Positions 22,768 to 35,700 of a stretch of 64,000 nucleotides of DNA are shown in pieces (the stretch's first letter is position 1; every line of letters begins with the position of its first letter). The DNA lies in assembly GCF_964204865.1 (NCBI RefSeq), contig NC_135263.1, positions 13,268,001 to 13,332,000 of the forward strand, read 5' to 3'. Source of the stretch: Styela clava. Its lineage: Eukaryota. A model generated the notes under the pieces. The model ran no database searches and had not been told where the DNA came from. It was given only the letters and a program-made list of their open reading frames with translations. The position numbers were made by a program, and so were the translations under genes.

Positions 22768-23678
22768 GTTCACTAAACGACGAAAGTACCGGTACTTCTA
22801 GTTGGCGTGGCACAAACATTTTTGCATATGTCATTCCTGGGTGTCATGTCGTTTCGTACCTAACGTACGGTACTTCTAGTAGGCGTAGCATAACAATTTT
22901 TTCACGTGTTAATTCTAACCCCCACTTGACCACACCATCCAAAAATTACGTCACAGTGACGTAATAGAACTTTTCAGACTATGTCATCCATGTCCTATGT
23001 CATCGAACTGTCATCCAAGACGCGCAGACGAGAAATCGAACAGCCATTTCTCTCGTTTTCTCGTCGCAGCGATCCCGATAAGAGAGAGATTGCTGACGTT
23101 AGTCAGTTCTTTATCGTCGGCGCCGATGCCATTTCGGGCGATCGTACGAGTATTCGGCAAGCTCTATGACGTGATTGTGATGTCGTAGTGACGTAATTTT
23201 TGGATGACGTAGTCAGGTGAGGGTTAGGATTGACATGTCGAAAAATTGTTATGCTACGCCTACTAGAAGTACGGTATGTACGAAACTATACGAGACCCTT
23301 ATTCCTCACCTGGCTTCGTCATCCGAAAATTACCCCATTTTTACGTCACAAACACGTCATAGAGCTTCCAAAGAAAAGCTATGATGGCCGAAATGACATC
23401 TCTGCTGAAGACAACGAACACGCTAACGCTAGCTATCTCTCTGATATTGGAATCGTTACGACGAGGAAACGAAAGAAATAGCTTGCTTGATTTCGGGTGA
23501 TCGTCTGCGCTTTTTGGACGACGATTCGTATACTTTGACGGGTCATATTTCGTAATTGTTACGCTGTAGTGACGTAATTTTTGGATGACGTAGTCAGGTG
23601 GTGGATAGATATCATTATGACATATGTGAAAATGGTCATGCCACGCCAACTAAAAGTACTTGACAGCGTTTAGTGAAC
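22768..23678. mobile_element. Nested MITEs (family GTACTTCTAGT)
   Basis: Inner copy 22870-23272 with 32-bp perfect TIR; outer copy 22792-23659; outermost IR GTTCACTAAACG 22768-22779 / 23667-23678; relative at ~50925-51103. Confidence 0.75.
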
Positions 23679-23809
23679 TAGCTTCCAGTATTTCATGTAT
23701 TGGATTTAGCTTTCTATAAGATTATAATACTGTAATATGTGAAATTTACAGATTTATTTCACCAGATCAAAGTTATATAACCTAATACTGTAATAGTTGA
23801 GCAACTGGC

Positions 23810-24715
23810 ATGGATTATGTTCCACCAACTATTGGAGACACAATTGAATTATTATGGTTTATTATGATATTCCTCCTTGTTCTACTTCTCGTCGCTCTTT
23901 GCACCTTTAATAAAGAAAATGGCGGAGTTCTGTGGCAGCTGATGACAATAGCTTCTCAATATGGCAAACTTAATTCTGGAAAAGCCATTAAGTTTTTCAA
24001 TTTACCAAAGAAGATATTCACACATTTTTATGCTATTTCTGTACTATGGAATTTGATATTCATCGCAGATTTGAGCATAATATTTTGGTTTTCTGATACG
24101 CAAAAAGGTTTGATCATTAAGTACATTGTTCCTGAATCGAGTACAACTCGAAATTTGATAACAAAGAAGTCGTTATTGCTTGCTTTTACACTTATACTTA
24201 TTCAAGGTTGTCGAAGATTATATGAATGTTTATATGTTAGCAAATTTTCCAAGCAAGCTACTATAAATTTATTCCATTACTTTCTTGGTGTTTTTTTCTA
24301 TATTTTTGAGCCTTTAACTATTGTTTCAAAAATTGGTGCAATTGAAAAATTACCTTCTGGTGATATCGAACTGAGACATTTTGTTGGAATAATTCTCTTT
24401 GTTGTGGCCTCATATTATCAAAATCAAAGTTTTCATATATTTGCTAAGTTGAGAAAAATTTCTGATAAATCTGAATATAAAATCCCCACTGGTGATCTCT
24501 TTGAATTTGTGTCCTGTCCTCATTATTTTACTGAAATATTGATCTACACTGCTCTGACATTCATAGTAGGATTTTCGCACTATTCTTGGAGATATGCTAT
24601 TGTTTTTGTCATTGTGATACATATTGGAATGGCTAAAATGTCCCATGAATGGTATTTATCAACATTCAAACAATATCCAAAGCATAGAAGAGCACTGATT
24701 CCTTTTGTATACTGA
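23810..24715 (+). CDS. SRD5A3: Polyprenol (polyprenal) reductase / steroid 5-alpha-reductase 3, intronless CDS, 301 aa
   Basis: QYGKL, LPKKIFTHFY, QGCRRLYECLYVS, HYFLGVFFY, IPTGDLFEFVSCPHYFTEILIY, SHEWYLSTFKQYPKHRRALIPFVY are characteristic of SRD5A3/DFG10. Confidence 0.93.
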   Translation: MDYVPPTIGDTIELLWFIMIFLLVLLLVALCTFNKENGGVLWQLMTIASQYGKLNSGKAIKFFNLPKKIFTHFYAISVLWNLIFIADLSIIFWFSDTQKGLIIKYIVPESSTTRNLITKKSLLLAFTLILIQGCRRLYECLYVSKFSKQATINLFHYFLGVFFYIFEPLTIVSKIGAIEKLPSGDIELRHFVGIILFVVASYYQNQSFHIFAKLRKISDKSEYKIPTGDLFEFVSCPHYFTEILIYTALTFIVGFSHYSWRYAIVFVIVIHIGMAKMSHEWYLSTFKQYPKHRRALIPFVY

Positions 24716-24852
24716 GAGAGAACACAATCTTCTCCTACCCCAGTCAAAGTATCATGTGCAATAAGTCCCAACCTGGATTTGAAATTTGTCCCCGAATCGG
24801 ATTAATGCAACTCAGCAGGTATTTAGTTGATATGCTCAGTTTATGTAACATA

Positions 24853-25060
24853 CAGAGTGTCCAAAAAGTTCCGCCCGATTTCATAGCATTACCAATTGCA
24901 AATTTGAATAAATTTGGTTCTATGATAAATAGGGACTATAACATTCAACATCTATAACATCCAATTAGAAAGAGGTTGACTATAAATCATTTTTAAAAGA
25001 AAAAAAATAACATTTGATTATAAAGACTTTATAATCGGACGAAACTTTTTGGACACCCTG
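24853..25060. mobile_element. Tc1/mariner-type MITE in the SRD5A3 3' region
   Basis: TIRs CAGAGTGTCCAAAAAGTT...AACTTTTTGGACACCCTG flanked by TA on both sides. Confidence 0.8.
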
Positions 25061-25673
25061 TATATTCATTTTTACCCATGGCTTTTGCTTGGTCAAAATT
25101 TTGTTAGCAAAAGCATGTTCAATCTATTTTGTCAAATTTAAGTTGTATTAAACACTTATCTATGCATATATACAATACTTATCTTGTTTTTTTAGCAAAT
25201 TTTCGGTCAATATTTTATTAAAATAGAAAATTGTGGCATTATTCATCCCTGTTGTATGTTTTCAAAGAGCAATTTTCTTTTTTCCTATTTTCTCAAACAC
25301 TAAATTGTTATTGTACATGCTACTGTAGGCAAGTTGAGAACAAGGATTTGTCGGCATAGGCCCAAACCTGCTCGTTTGTTGGTACTCATCTTGTCCTGAG
25401 ATATTTATTTTCCCTGTTACTGATAACAGAAGTCATTTTTAATCCAATTCATAGGAGATTAATTGAATCATGGTATTAACATATTTGGCTCTGTATTGTA
25501 GAGAAATGCATTTAGTGTTCTCATTGCTCGAAATTTAATATAGGCCTACAATTTGAAATTATCATCTTGGTTCTTTAAGTTATATTTTATCAGCAAATTG
25601 AGCTAATTGAAATTTTCTAATTTTTTAGATATTCAAATTTTTTTTAATTCCACCTTTATACAAGTCTAGTTTA

Positions 25674-28600
25674 ATGGGAAAATCGAGTAAAGACAAGCGT
25701 GATATTTATTACCGATTAGCAAAAGAAGAAGGATGGAGAGCACGCAGTGCATTCAAATTATTACATTTAGATGAAGAGTTCAAATTTTTGAACAAAAGTG
25801 TTGAACGAGTGGTTGACCTTTGTGCTGCACCAGGCAGTTGGAGCCAAGTTTTGACAAGAACATTAAGGTGAATAATCAAGGTTTTTTTGTCATGGCATTA
25901 ATACTGGAATATAACATTTTATTTTCTTGACTGAAGGATTCTTAAATCCAAGAAGTTTAATAAACTAAGTTCTTCTGGTTGCATGTATGTTATACAAAGT
26001 CTTATATGCTACTACAAATAAACATTGTTTTCTGAAGATTCAATTTCTGTTCCCTTGCATTTTCACACTTGTTAACTTGTAGAAAAAAATATTTCAGAGG
26101 GCCCACTGGACAAGAGAATCCAAATGTAAAGATTGTAGCAGTAGATTTGCAGGCAATGGCTCCACTACCTGGTGTTATACAAATACAAGGAGATATCACA
26201 AAGGCAAGATGTTGTTTTAAAAAAAATTTAACTCATGAGTCATGACTTTATTTCTCGTGTGACCTAGTTTTTTTAGAATATTCATTTTCAAGTTTTTATT
26301 CTTCAATAATGTTAGGGCCTACTACTCAGAGAATCAGGGAGCATGGTTGGTCTTAAATGAATAGTCACATCAAAATTGGAGTGCCAATATCAAAATAGCA
26401 TCGTAATTGTAAATCTCAATCATAAAGTTGAATGGTGTCAGATTAGACTAGATCAGGGGCGGGCAACCTTTTTCGACTCGTGTGCCAAATTCCAAAATCG
26501 GCTAAGTTGATCGACAAAATTGTTCCGCGTGCCAACCAAAATCAAAAACCATGCTTTACCACTCTTGAGGCAGAGATACACAATATTAAACCTTTCAAAC
26601 ACGTACGGACAGATACACTAATCGGTGTAATATCAGTCCGACAAATAGATTCGAATAACGTATTGTTTACAAACGATAATGAATAAACGAACACCTCGTT
26701 TCATCAGATAATTCATAGTCTTGAAGCTTTTTATCTGAAGTAGAATGATCTCGTTCCCGAAGCCTCCCTCGCGTGCCGGATAAATGGGCCTGCGTGCCAA
26801 GTTTGGCACGCGTGCCAGGGGTTGCCCACCCCTGGACTAGATCAATATGTAATATTGTAAACTCATTTTGAATTTCTGTGGGTCTGAATAATGAAAATAT
26901 CAACATGCAATTGTCATTTGGACACACTCCAATTACAAAAGTCTACTTCATATTATGCTATGTATATATCATCACACAGATTTTTAGATGTATAATTTGT
27001 GCATTTGAATTACCATATGTTTTCATTTGTAATCCATTCGTACACCATAGGTTTCAACAGCAGAAAGTATTGTTGATCATTTCAAGGGCGAACCTGCAGA
27101 TTTGGTTGTTTGTGATGGGGCACCGGATGGTAAGTTTCTTTCTTACTGTTTAATCCTGACCTATGACCTATTGCTTTTATCTTTTTTAAGGGCATCATAT
27201 GAAAAAATGATAAATAACCAACAAATTTGTATATTTTGAATTAAGTATTACAGGTAAGTAATGATTTCATGACAGTACAGGAGAACTCAAATATATTGAC
27301 ACAAAGTCAAATCTTGAGACAGTGTTCCTTCTATTTAGAATAAAACAGCAAAATTTGGTTTTAAATATCGGACCCCATATGCATCATAAAAAAAATTGAA
27401 AATATATTAAAGTTATAGACTTTCATCGACTTCTTTCATCTGCAAGATTTAAAATTTGCAATCGGTTGGTCCATTAGTTCTTCACAACAACAACTACCAC
27501 AGCAATTCTGACAACATAAATTAGGAGAACAACTCATAAGTACACTTCATATCCAAAATGTAATCTTCATTGTGAAGACAATAAGTTTGATTAATCCACA
27601 TGAGTGATTATGAACCAGTCAAGATTCAAATTGGCCAAGGTGGGAATGGAAAGACCAAGCTTTATTCTGATAATTATAGAGAATCAAGATTTTGCAGGTT
27701 ACCGTACCTATTTTAGATTTATTTCAGAGTTACATCTCATCATAATATAAATTTCTCATTTGTTTTTAGTTACTGGACTTCATGACATTGACGAGTATAT
27801 TCAAGCTCAATTACTTTTAGCTGTAAGTTACAATTTTACTCTTTTATATTTGTAGATTGTTATCTTGTGTACTGTTGCATTTTATACCAATCACAGGTTG
27901 ATATTTTGTTACTTACATGTTATATACAGTATAGACAATGACTGATTATCAGTGTTGAATATATAACAAATTAACTATTCTTCTTGTCAGGCATTGAATA
28001 TAACAACTCATGTACTGAAGAAGGGAGGAACATTCATTGCAAAAATATTCAGAGGTATATTTGAATATTTTTTTTTCAGAATTTAATCCATAATTTATCA
28101 GTTTATAAATTCTGCCACAGAGCCAAGATCATCTGTAGCGACATTCTACGTTGACTGGTGTTATGTATATATTATACAAGGCCAACGTCAACAATTAGGT
28201 ATCTCTGTGCCCAAATAAATTTTGCTCAGAACAAGGCTCTGTACAACCATTCACTGATATCTAGAGAGCTACAATTTTTGGAGAGACCGGAATCTTTTTA
28301 GTTTAGCATTAACCAATTTATGTCTCAAGTGAGTTGGTGGTCATGGAATTTGAACTAGTGGTCTTTAATTCGCTGTGTCAATTCGCTGCATAGTCAAGCC
28401 AAGATTTCTGCGAAATAGAGTAATTGGTCATTACTTGAATAAGGCATTGCTATTAGTGAATAATTTTTCACTATGTTTCTGGACTCTGGCATTGAATTTA
28501 CCACACATGAAAAAACATTCATATTTCTTATTTTCTCCATATAACTGTATGTAAGCCTACTATTTCATTTTAGGAAAAGACGTTTCTCTTCTTTTCTCTC

Positions 28601-29753
28601 AGTTGAAGATGTTCTTTAAAGAAGTAACTTGTGCAAAACCTCGAAGTAGTAGAAATTCAAGCATAGGTAAGTTATTGAGTTTAATATTATAAATCAGAAG
28701 TCTTCAAACTGCTAAAAAATTTATTTCTGCCCACCAAACTCACTCTTAATGCATAAAAACCAAAATTGTTCTTAGATTTAATATTATCGGTGCACTATTT
28801 CATGTTGTAACAATCGGTGTATAAGCGAAAGCACATACCAGTTGTGCCAACTTGTATGTCGTCTACTTGTCTAACATTAGTTGGCAGTTCCCTATAATTT
28901 AAAGCTATTTTTTTTGTTGCGGAGCACCGGTAAATTAATCTGGCCCGCTTGCTATCGGATATGTGCATATTTTTACCCAGCAATAAGTAAAGTTTGCCGA
29001 CCACTGTTATAAATGAACATACATACTTAGCAACTGATTTTGTAGGCTCATTGATAGCTCAACCTCAGCTAGGAGGCGAACAGCTTATTTTAGGTGTAGC
29101 GTATCATTACTGTTTTGTATTACAGAAGCCTTCATGGTTTGTCAAGAATACAACCCTCCTGAAGGTTTCAAGCCATCCATGGCGAATCCTTTGTTAAATC
29201 ATGATTACGATGATTATTCAAATCAACTTGTTGGTGCAAACAGATGTATTTTACCATTCTTAGCATGTGGAGATTTAAGCGGATTTGATTCAGATCGTAC
29301 TTATCCGCTACAAGTGAGAGGGCTTATTTACTCATCATTTACGGTGCAATTCAAAATTTTCATATGGAGATAGATGAGTTAGATTCCCCTGGTATTCATG
29401 TTGTATGATGACCAGGTAAATGTAATTCATTCCTGACTCAACCGACTCGGTAACTGTACAGTTAGCGCAAATAGGCAACAAACTGTTTGTTGTATACTAG
29501 AATTCATAACTCGCCCATTCATTTTGTTCTAATCCATTTTTATTGAACAACATCCTTGAATTTTTGTGATATCTATACAGTAATTTTCTTGAATATTCTT
29601 CTCATCTTACTTCATATTTTATCCTTTATTTAGTTGGAAGATGGTAAAGAGTATGTTTATCATTCACCTACACAACCACCTATTGATCCACCATATAAAG
29701 AAGCTTGCAAGTTGAAAGCTGATAACAAACTTGCTAAAGAATCAAAATCATGA
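25674..29753 (+). CDS. FTSJ1: tRNA (cytidine32/guanosine34-2'-O)-methyltransferase TRM7/FTSJ1 (~303 aa)
   Basis: Exons 25674-25867, 26083(or 26098)-26203, 27051-27129, 27770-27822, 27991-28054, 28574-28666, 29126-29313, 29634-29753. Motifs [86 protein letters not shown]. Confidence 0.96.
26454..26834. mobile_element. hAT (Charlie-like) MITE in FTSJ1 intron 2
   Basis: TIRs CAGGGGCGGGCAACC / GGTTGCCCACCCCTG; exact 8-bp TSD GACTAGAT at 26446-26453 and 26835-26842. Confidence 0.9.
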
Positions 29754-29899
29754 TACAGGACAGGATATTCAAGGTAGGTTCTATTACCGTATTTCCTGGC
29801 GAATAAGTCTACCTGGTAAATAAGACGAGGCCTGTTTTTAAGCCTGAAAAAATGAATTTTTGCATATAACCTCCCAGTTAGACGGGCAGTAAAATCGGA

Positions 29900-30980
29900 A
29901 TCTCAAATTACCGTGCAACATCTCCTGAGAGGTGTTTGCACATTCGTTAAAATAACCCATAATGACTTTTTCTTGTAGCGTAATATTCAACCCATGACAA
30001 CTACGAGAATTTAAACTGTCTTTTAATTTTAATCTAATTGTGCTCGACGTAACACGGCAATCTGTGGACATAATAATGTGAGATAAACTACCTGATTATA
30101 TTTAGTTTTGATACATATTTTTGCGCTCTTGCGAATTCGTTATCGCCATTATAAAAATCCCAAGATCTGCTATAAAATCATTGAAAGTGCAATTTAATTA
30201 AGGCCAATAAATATACATATAAAGTGTAATATCAAACATACATACGGTAATCATCATCTCGAAGTCTCCAGAAACGATATGTGTTGCTTCATTAATTTAA
30301 TTGTGATCAATTTAATCTGCGATTGTGACAATATAAATAGTATCTTTGCTCTAAAATACCAACGCAATCAGTGGACATAAACATGTACGATTGATTATAT
30401 GTTGCTTTGATTCGTATTTTTGCAAATTAAAAAACATATCTGCGCTGTTGCTGCAACACTTATTCCGCTCCATCGCAATGCTGTCACTCCTTAGTTTAAG
30501 GATATCACCGTAAGAAAAAAACCTCAAGTCAGCGATAATATCACTCTGTGATAAAGATGGAAAATTTGTTAGTCTGCAATAAGCCTGCCGTAACACTGCC
30601 TCTTCCTGGTTTTTGACACTGACACCATTGTTTAATATTCCATATATTTACCTGCGGATTTGTTAATGCTGATCAAATATTTATTGAACAATTTTATACA
30701 ATAATAGTATGAGTTAAAGAAAGCAGTTGTGCAACATATTTACCATACAAAAGATGGAAAAAATAACATGTGCAAAGAAATATGTAGTTACAATATTAAA
30801 AGGTATTGCAATCGAAATTGATGTTAATGGCAATTGTAAGCGATACTTGGAAAGAGATTTCATAATTTGCTCATTATTTTCAATAATAACCTTTAGGAAT
30901 ATGCTTTTCAGAGCACTGGCATTTATTTCTGTCGTAACGTTTTGCAAGTTGAAATTCGATCAGGGATGATTGTGTGCTAG
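29900..30980 (-). mobile_element. Decayed hAT (ZMYM1-like) transposase fossil
   Basis: Broken frames read ASALKSIF...IMKSLSKY.LQ..SISIAI and GIFIMAITNS...SKLNII...MSTD, resembling the hAT core and C-terminal dimerisation motif; Tc2/pogo-like end TACCGTATTTCC...ATAAGACG at 29785-29830. Confidence 0.45.
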
Positions 30981-31486
30981 ATGATTTCTGTATTCCATGT
31001 TACATGGCAGTTCATGTATTCAGTTATAGTTTATGGTTTCATCTATCTTCCACGGTCCCAACTTTTGGTATATACAAAATATTCTGTTTTTTCTTTTTAG
31101 ACTCTTTCTATGAATGAGCGCCGATGATGGAAAAGAAATATTGTGTCATGTTGCCAATGGGCCATTATTTCTGGGGGAAATGGTTGAAAATACTGTAATA
31201 TGATCATGCAAAACTGTATGAAGGTCCAACATATGTCATATGTAGAGAGTAATTTATCCGAAGCTTGGTTTTAATACACTTGGTTGCTTTGTGCCAATAG
31301 TATCAATTTTTGTGAAATATGGCTATGTAAAAATTTGCTCTATTGCTGTAGAAATGCTCTTCCGATCCCGAAAATAAAAATACCACTTTACCACTTTAAA
31401 ATTTCAATAAACACCTAGTAATAAGAAGAATTGTTGTGGCTTGTGTTTGGTATTATTACTATTACGGTACCTTAGTGAATTGCTGC

Positions 31487-31883
31487 CAGTGTTGGGCACA
31501 AGTTCAAAAAACCCAAGTCACCATACGGGGTCAGTCGATTTGTGAATTTTAAAGCTGAGATCCTAAGTTCAAGTAATTCATAGTAGATTTCTAATGTAAT
31601 AGTGAAATGGTTAGATATGATTTAATTGAACAATCAGACTCCAGTTAAATCAAAGTTAATCTGAAAATCGAGCAAGGATCTTATCATATTGATGACGTCC
31701 GTCTAGTAGGCATCCATCAGTCTGATTTCCAATTATTATTTAAAAACTAGAGAGTTTCTGTTTTTTTTTTATAACAGCATTACTCACTAGATTATTTTTG
31801 CAATTTCAAAGACTTGCCGGCAGTAACTCATTTTTAAATTGTTGGAGTATCTGAACACCTTGAATGGAGTCTCCCAAACACTG
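31487..31883. mobile_element. hAT-type MITE
   Basis: CAGTGTTGGG...CCCAAACACTG termini; 7/8 TSD ATTGCTGC / GTTGCTGC. Confidence 0.65.
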
Positions 31884-32191
31884 GTTGCTGCAGCGTTCGG
31901 TCTTTAAGGAGAGACCAGATCTACCGTAGTTTGGTTACAGTTTTTGTGTCAACAATTTATACAAAAAAGGCATTCATGAAACAGAAAATATAGAATAATG
32001 GAATACGTGTTGTTGTTTTTTCGTGAAAAAAAAAAGTTTATATATGCAATATCTCCTAATTTCCAGTGCGTAAAGATGAAAAAAGCCGTTAAAAGGAAAT
32101 TAGTTTCCTTCCGCCAAGCTTGTCCGCCATTTCTCAGCAAACACGGCGCTCAGCTTACTTGCTTAGGGCCTTTGTGACCACATGACGCGTT

Positions 32192-32300
32192 GGACCTCCG
32201 GAAGTATGTGTACCAAGATGGCGCACAACATTAACAAGAATGTGTACCAGGTTAGGGTTCAGGTTGTGCGCCATGTTGGTGCGCATACTTCGGGAGCGCC
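32192..32300. mobile_element. ~105-bp palindromic MITE, family B copy 1
   Basis: GGACCTCCGGAAGTAT...CAAGATGGCGCACAAC / GTTGTGCGCCATGTTGG...ATACTTCGGGAGCGCC; similar to 33452-33555 and 36520-36632. Confidence 0.8.
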
Positions 32301-32711
32301 CTACGTTGATGTTGTGGGTGAAACATCTTGTGTTCGCTCCCATGAGTAACATCCCCTTGGGTAGGTAACGCTGAACCGAAAAGATTTCGTTCTCTTGCTC
32401 GGAGTGAATACGTCCATACACAATTGGAGATGTTTACGAATAAAAATGGTGGTTCTATAAAGAAATGATGCCTTTTGCATGATTGTTATCGATATGATAT
32501 TCATAATTTTCTTGTGAAATAAGGTTAAAATTTCATTCCTTGTATTCTGGATGAATTTTAAACCAGTGCGTCGTGATGTCCAGGTCCAAGTTATATTTGC
32601 TGATAAGTCTTACACATTTCCGGCTTTTCATTGAAGCCGGCAGTTGTTGATTGTTGTCAACAGTCGAAAAGGTAAACAATGCTAGGCGAAACATACTTTG
32701 CCGTCCCACTA

Positions 32712-35700
32712 TCAAACAGTTGTCTGGTCCGCTTTAATCTTCAGTGGCACGTCTTTAAAAAATTTGGAATATAAAGATAGTTGAAATCAAGCATCGTGCA
32801 TAGATTATATGTTAGTATTTTTCCTTCAGATAAAAATTATGAACAAAGAAGTGGTCCATGGGTGGTCCAACAAAGCAGCTGAACTGCTGAAATTTATTTT
32901 GGCTAATTATTATTAATAGGATAAAATCGAGGTGAGAGAGGTGGAATTTTCATTTAAATAGGCGAATAATTTAATACATAGTGCTAAGATTACCTTCACT
33001 ATGCGGTGCGCTCCCGTTCCTCTGTTTTCTTGATTTTAATTCGTCGCTGGACATCTGGGATGTTCCTTTCCCACTCACTACTATTTTTGTTAACCGCGTG
33101 CCAGTGAACAAAGATCGAGTTCTTTCGTGAGATCTGATTTGTCTGTAGAATATTAATTATTTGTCGTTTACTAAATTGTTTTGACACCAGCGGGTTGTAA
33201 ATCTCAAGTCCAGGTTTAACAGCAGTGAAATCGTGTCAATTACATTATATATATATACAGTGTCTTTAAGAATCTTCTAGGAGTGAAAATATTTTATCTT
33301 CCCTCGATGATACATGTGCTCGCGGAAGTGAAACAACTAATGTGTATATATATATGTAACTTTTCGGTCGAAGACTCACAAACTGGGAAGACTTTTCTTT
33401 GACCGCAAAGTAACTTCGCTATTGAATATTTATTGAATATTTAGAAAATTGGGACCTCCTGAAGTATGCGCACCAAGATGTCGCACAACCTGAACATAGT
33501 ATGTGTACCAGGTTAAGGTTGTGCGACATGTTGGTGCGCATACTTCAGAAGCACCGAAAATTGTTTATACTTACTTCAGTCTTTTTCTAAAAGATCCAAG
33601 AAAATTGTACATAAAAGGATTTAGAGCAGAATTAGCGTATGCTAGAGTGAGAAACACAACAAAAGCAGAGTTGCAGAAATTCTAAAAAAAAAAGAATTTA
33701 ATGACATGATAATAATTACTAATCAGTAATAATCTATTACCCAAATATTTAAACTTGTTGACTAGTTGTTATCTAAAGGGAATAGGGATATCCGTATAGA
33801 TCAGAGTTCCCCAACCTTTTATGGCTCGTGGCCGCCTTTCGGAGGCTTTCGGCACTCACGACCCCCTGTTTATTATTCCAGTGGTATTTTGATTGGAAGA
33901 CTCCGAATCCCATTATGTTCAAACAATTGATCAGCAGAGTAAAAACATCCTATGGAAATAACTTTATCAAGCAATGAAACTAGGAAAAACGGGGCGTTTT
34001 TTTATAAAGTGAAAAGTAAAATCAGTTTTGCGCCTAGCATTGTGAACCCCTCCCAACTGCTCTTGGGGGGGGGGGGGGGGGGGGGGGGGGCAGGGGTTCC
34101 CGTTTGGGAACCGATGGTTTAAATTAAGGTATTAAAGATGAACATAGCCATGTTATCAGCAAAAGTTCTTTTGCTTGTAACGATGAACCGATTGGTTAGG
34201 TAATATTCTAGAGATATTGTAGGCTAGTTTATTTTAGTTGTTCAAGCTTATGATTTGCAATGTGTTTAAGCATTAATTAATAGACTATTCCCACAATCTA
34301 CACGGACTGGGCACCGACTAATGGCAGTGTTTGCTATAAGATTAGGCCGCGTTCAAGCCTACCTATCAATGGTGATAAATATGATAAATCTATCCTTTCC
34401 AGTAAATGTAAAACAGAACAGTTTTAGAGCTTACCATTCGTGATTCACACATATATTATTTTGGAATGAGTCTCAAATACTATTTATAACACGATAATAA
34501 ATGAAGGCAATTTGAAAAGAACATTAAGAAAATATTTGTACCGGATATGGAGTCGAGAATCCGTCAATCATTGCCAACATCATCGAATGGTACGGTAGCC
34601 AGCATACAACAAATACCACCACCAAAATAGCGCAGAGCATAGTGATTCTCTTTTTATCTTTCTGTGATCGACCCGTTGATGAGATAGAAGAGGATTTCCT
34701 GGATTTGAAAATTCCCCTTTTCGCTTTAGAGTTATGTTCTTCAGTATGTGAATCACTTGTCATCATTTTGCTTCTCAGTTGAAAAACGATTAAACCGTAA
34801 CAAATCGTAATAACCTGAAAATAGATATTTTAACAGTAATATTTTATTACAATAGTATTAGTAGCATTAAGAATCAAAAACTATTTCTATTGAAGTCCCC
34901 TTTGGCCCTGCTCCTGTCAATGTCACTTAGCTCCGCGTTAAGGGTGAAATAAGTTGTGCATTTTGCTCTAATTATTGTAGGCTATACCCAATTAGAGGAT
35001 TTATTGTAAATAGGGTATTGTTTTATAGCTATTTATTATTTTCCAGTAGAAAGTTCCTAAATACAGTAAATAAAAGCCTATACTTACAACAAGCGGAACA
35101 ACAAAAAACGCTATAAAGTTGGCCAGAACAAAAGGTGTCATTCCAGGCTGGAGTGAAGTATGCTTGCAGTGAAATTCTGTTTGCTCTTCGTTTCTATAAT
35201 TAAAAATGACTTTTTTTAAAATTGACAGCATTTTCAATAGGATTTCATTCCAGCGCAAACTTAACCACTTCGTTAAGCGCGTCGCTAAAGAATCTAACCA
35301 TGTTTTAAAGACACGGAATGCGCTTGTGTTGGTAATAGCCTACAACAGTATTTATCACTACTGTTCTTCAAAAGCTTAGTTACTTCAAGTTCATGGATCG
35401 TGGGGTGGTATACTTTATCAGTATAGCAATACAAAATATGCTTTTAATGGGGATTGTCTGCTACATTTTTGAACTATTATTTTCATATTATTTTTTCAGT
35501 TGGGTAATTCGAACAAAGTATCTTTAACTAGACAAATTACTCACTCAGTTTCGCCTATCTCTTCTCCGGAGAACCCAGAATAGTCACCATATTCAGGATA
35601 ATCATATTCCGAGGAGTTCCCCATATCAATCGGCTGTGTTATCGTTGGTGTTGATATTTCAGCAGACTTACATGTTGGCGGTTTGTATCTTAAGATGAAC

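Noticed and set aside
34065-34090. Poly-G runs (also 59641-59656) as functional G-quadruplexes
   Set aside because: Homopolymers in repeat-rich context with unreliable length; no other support.
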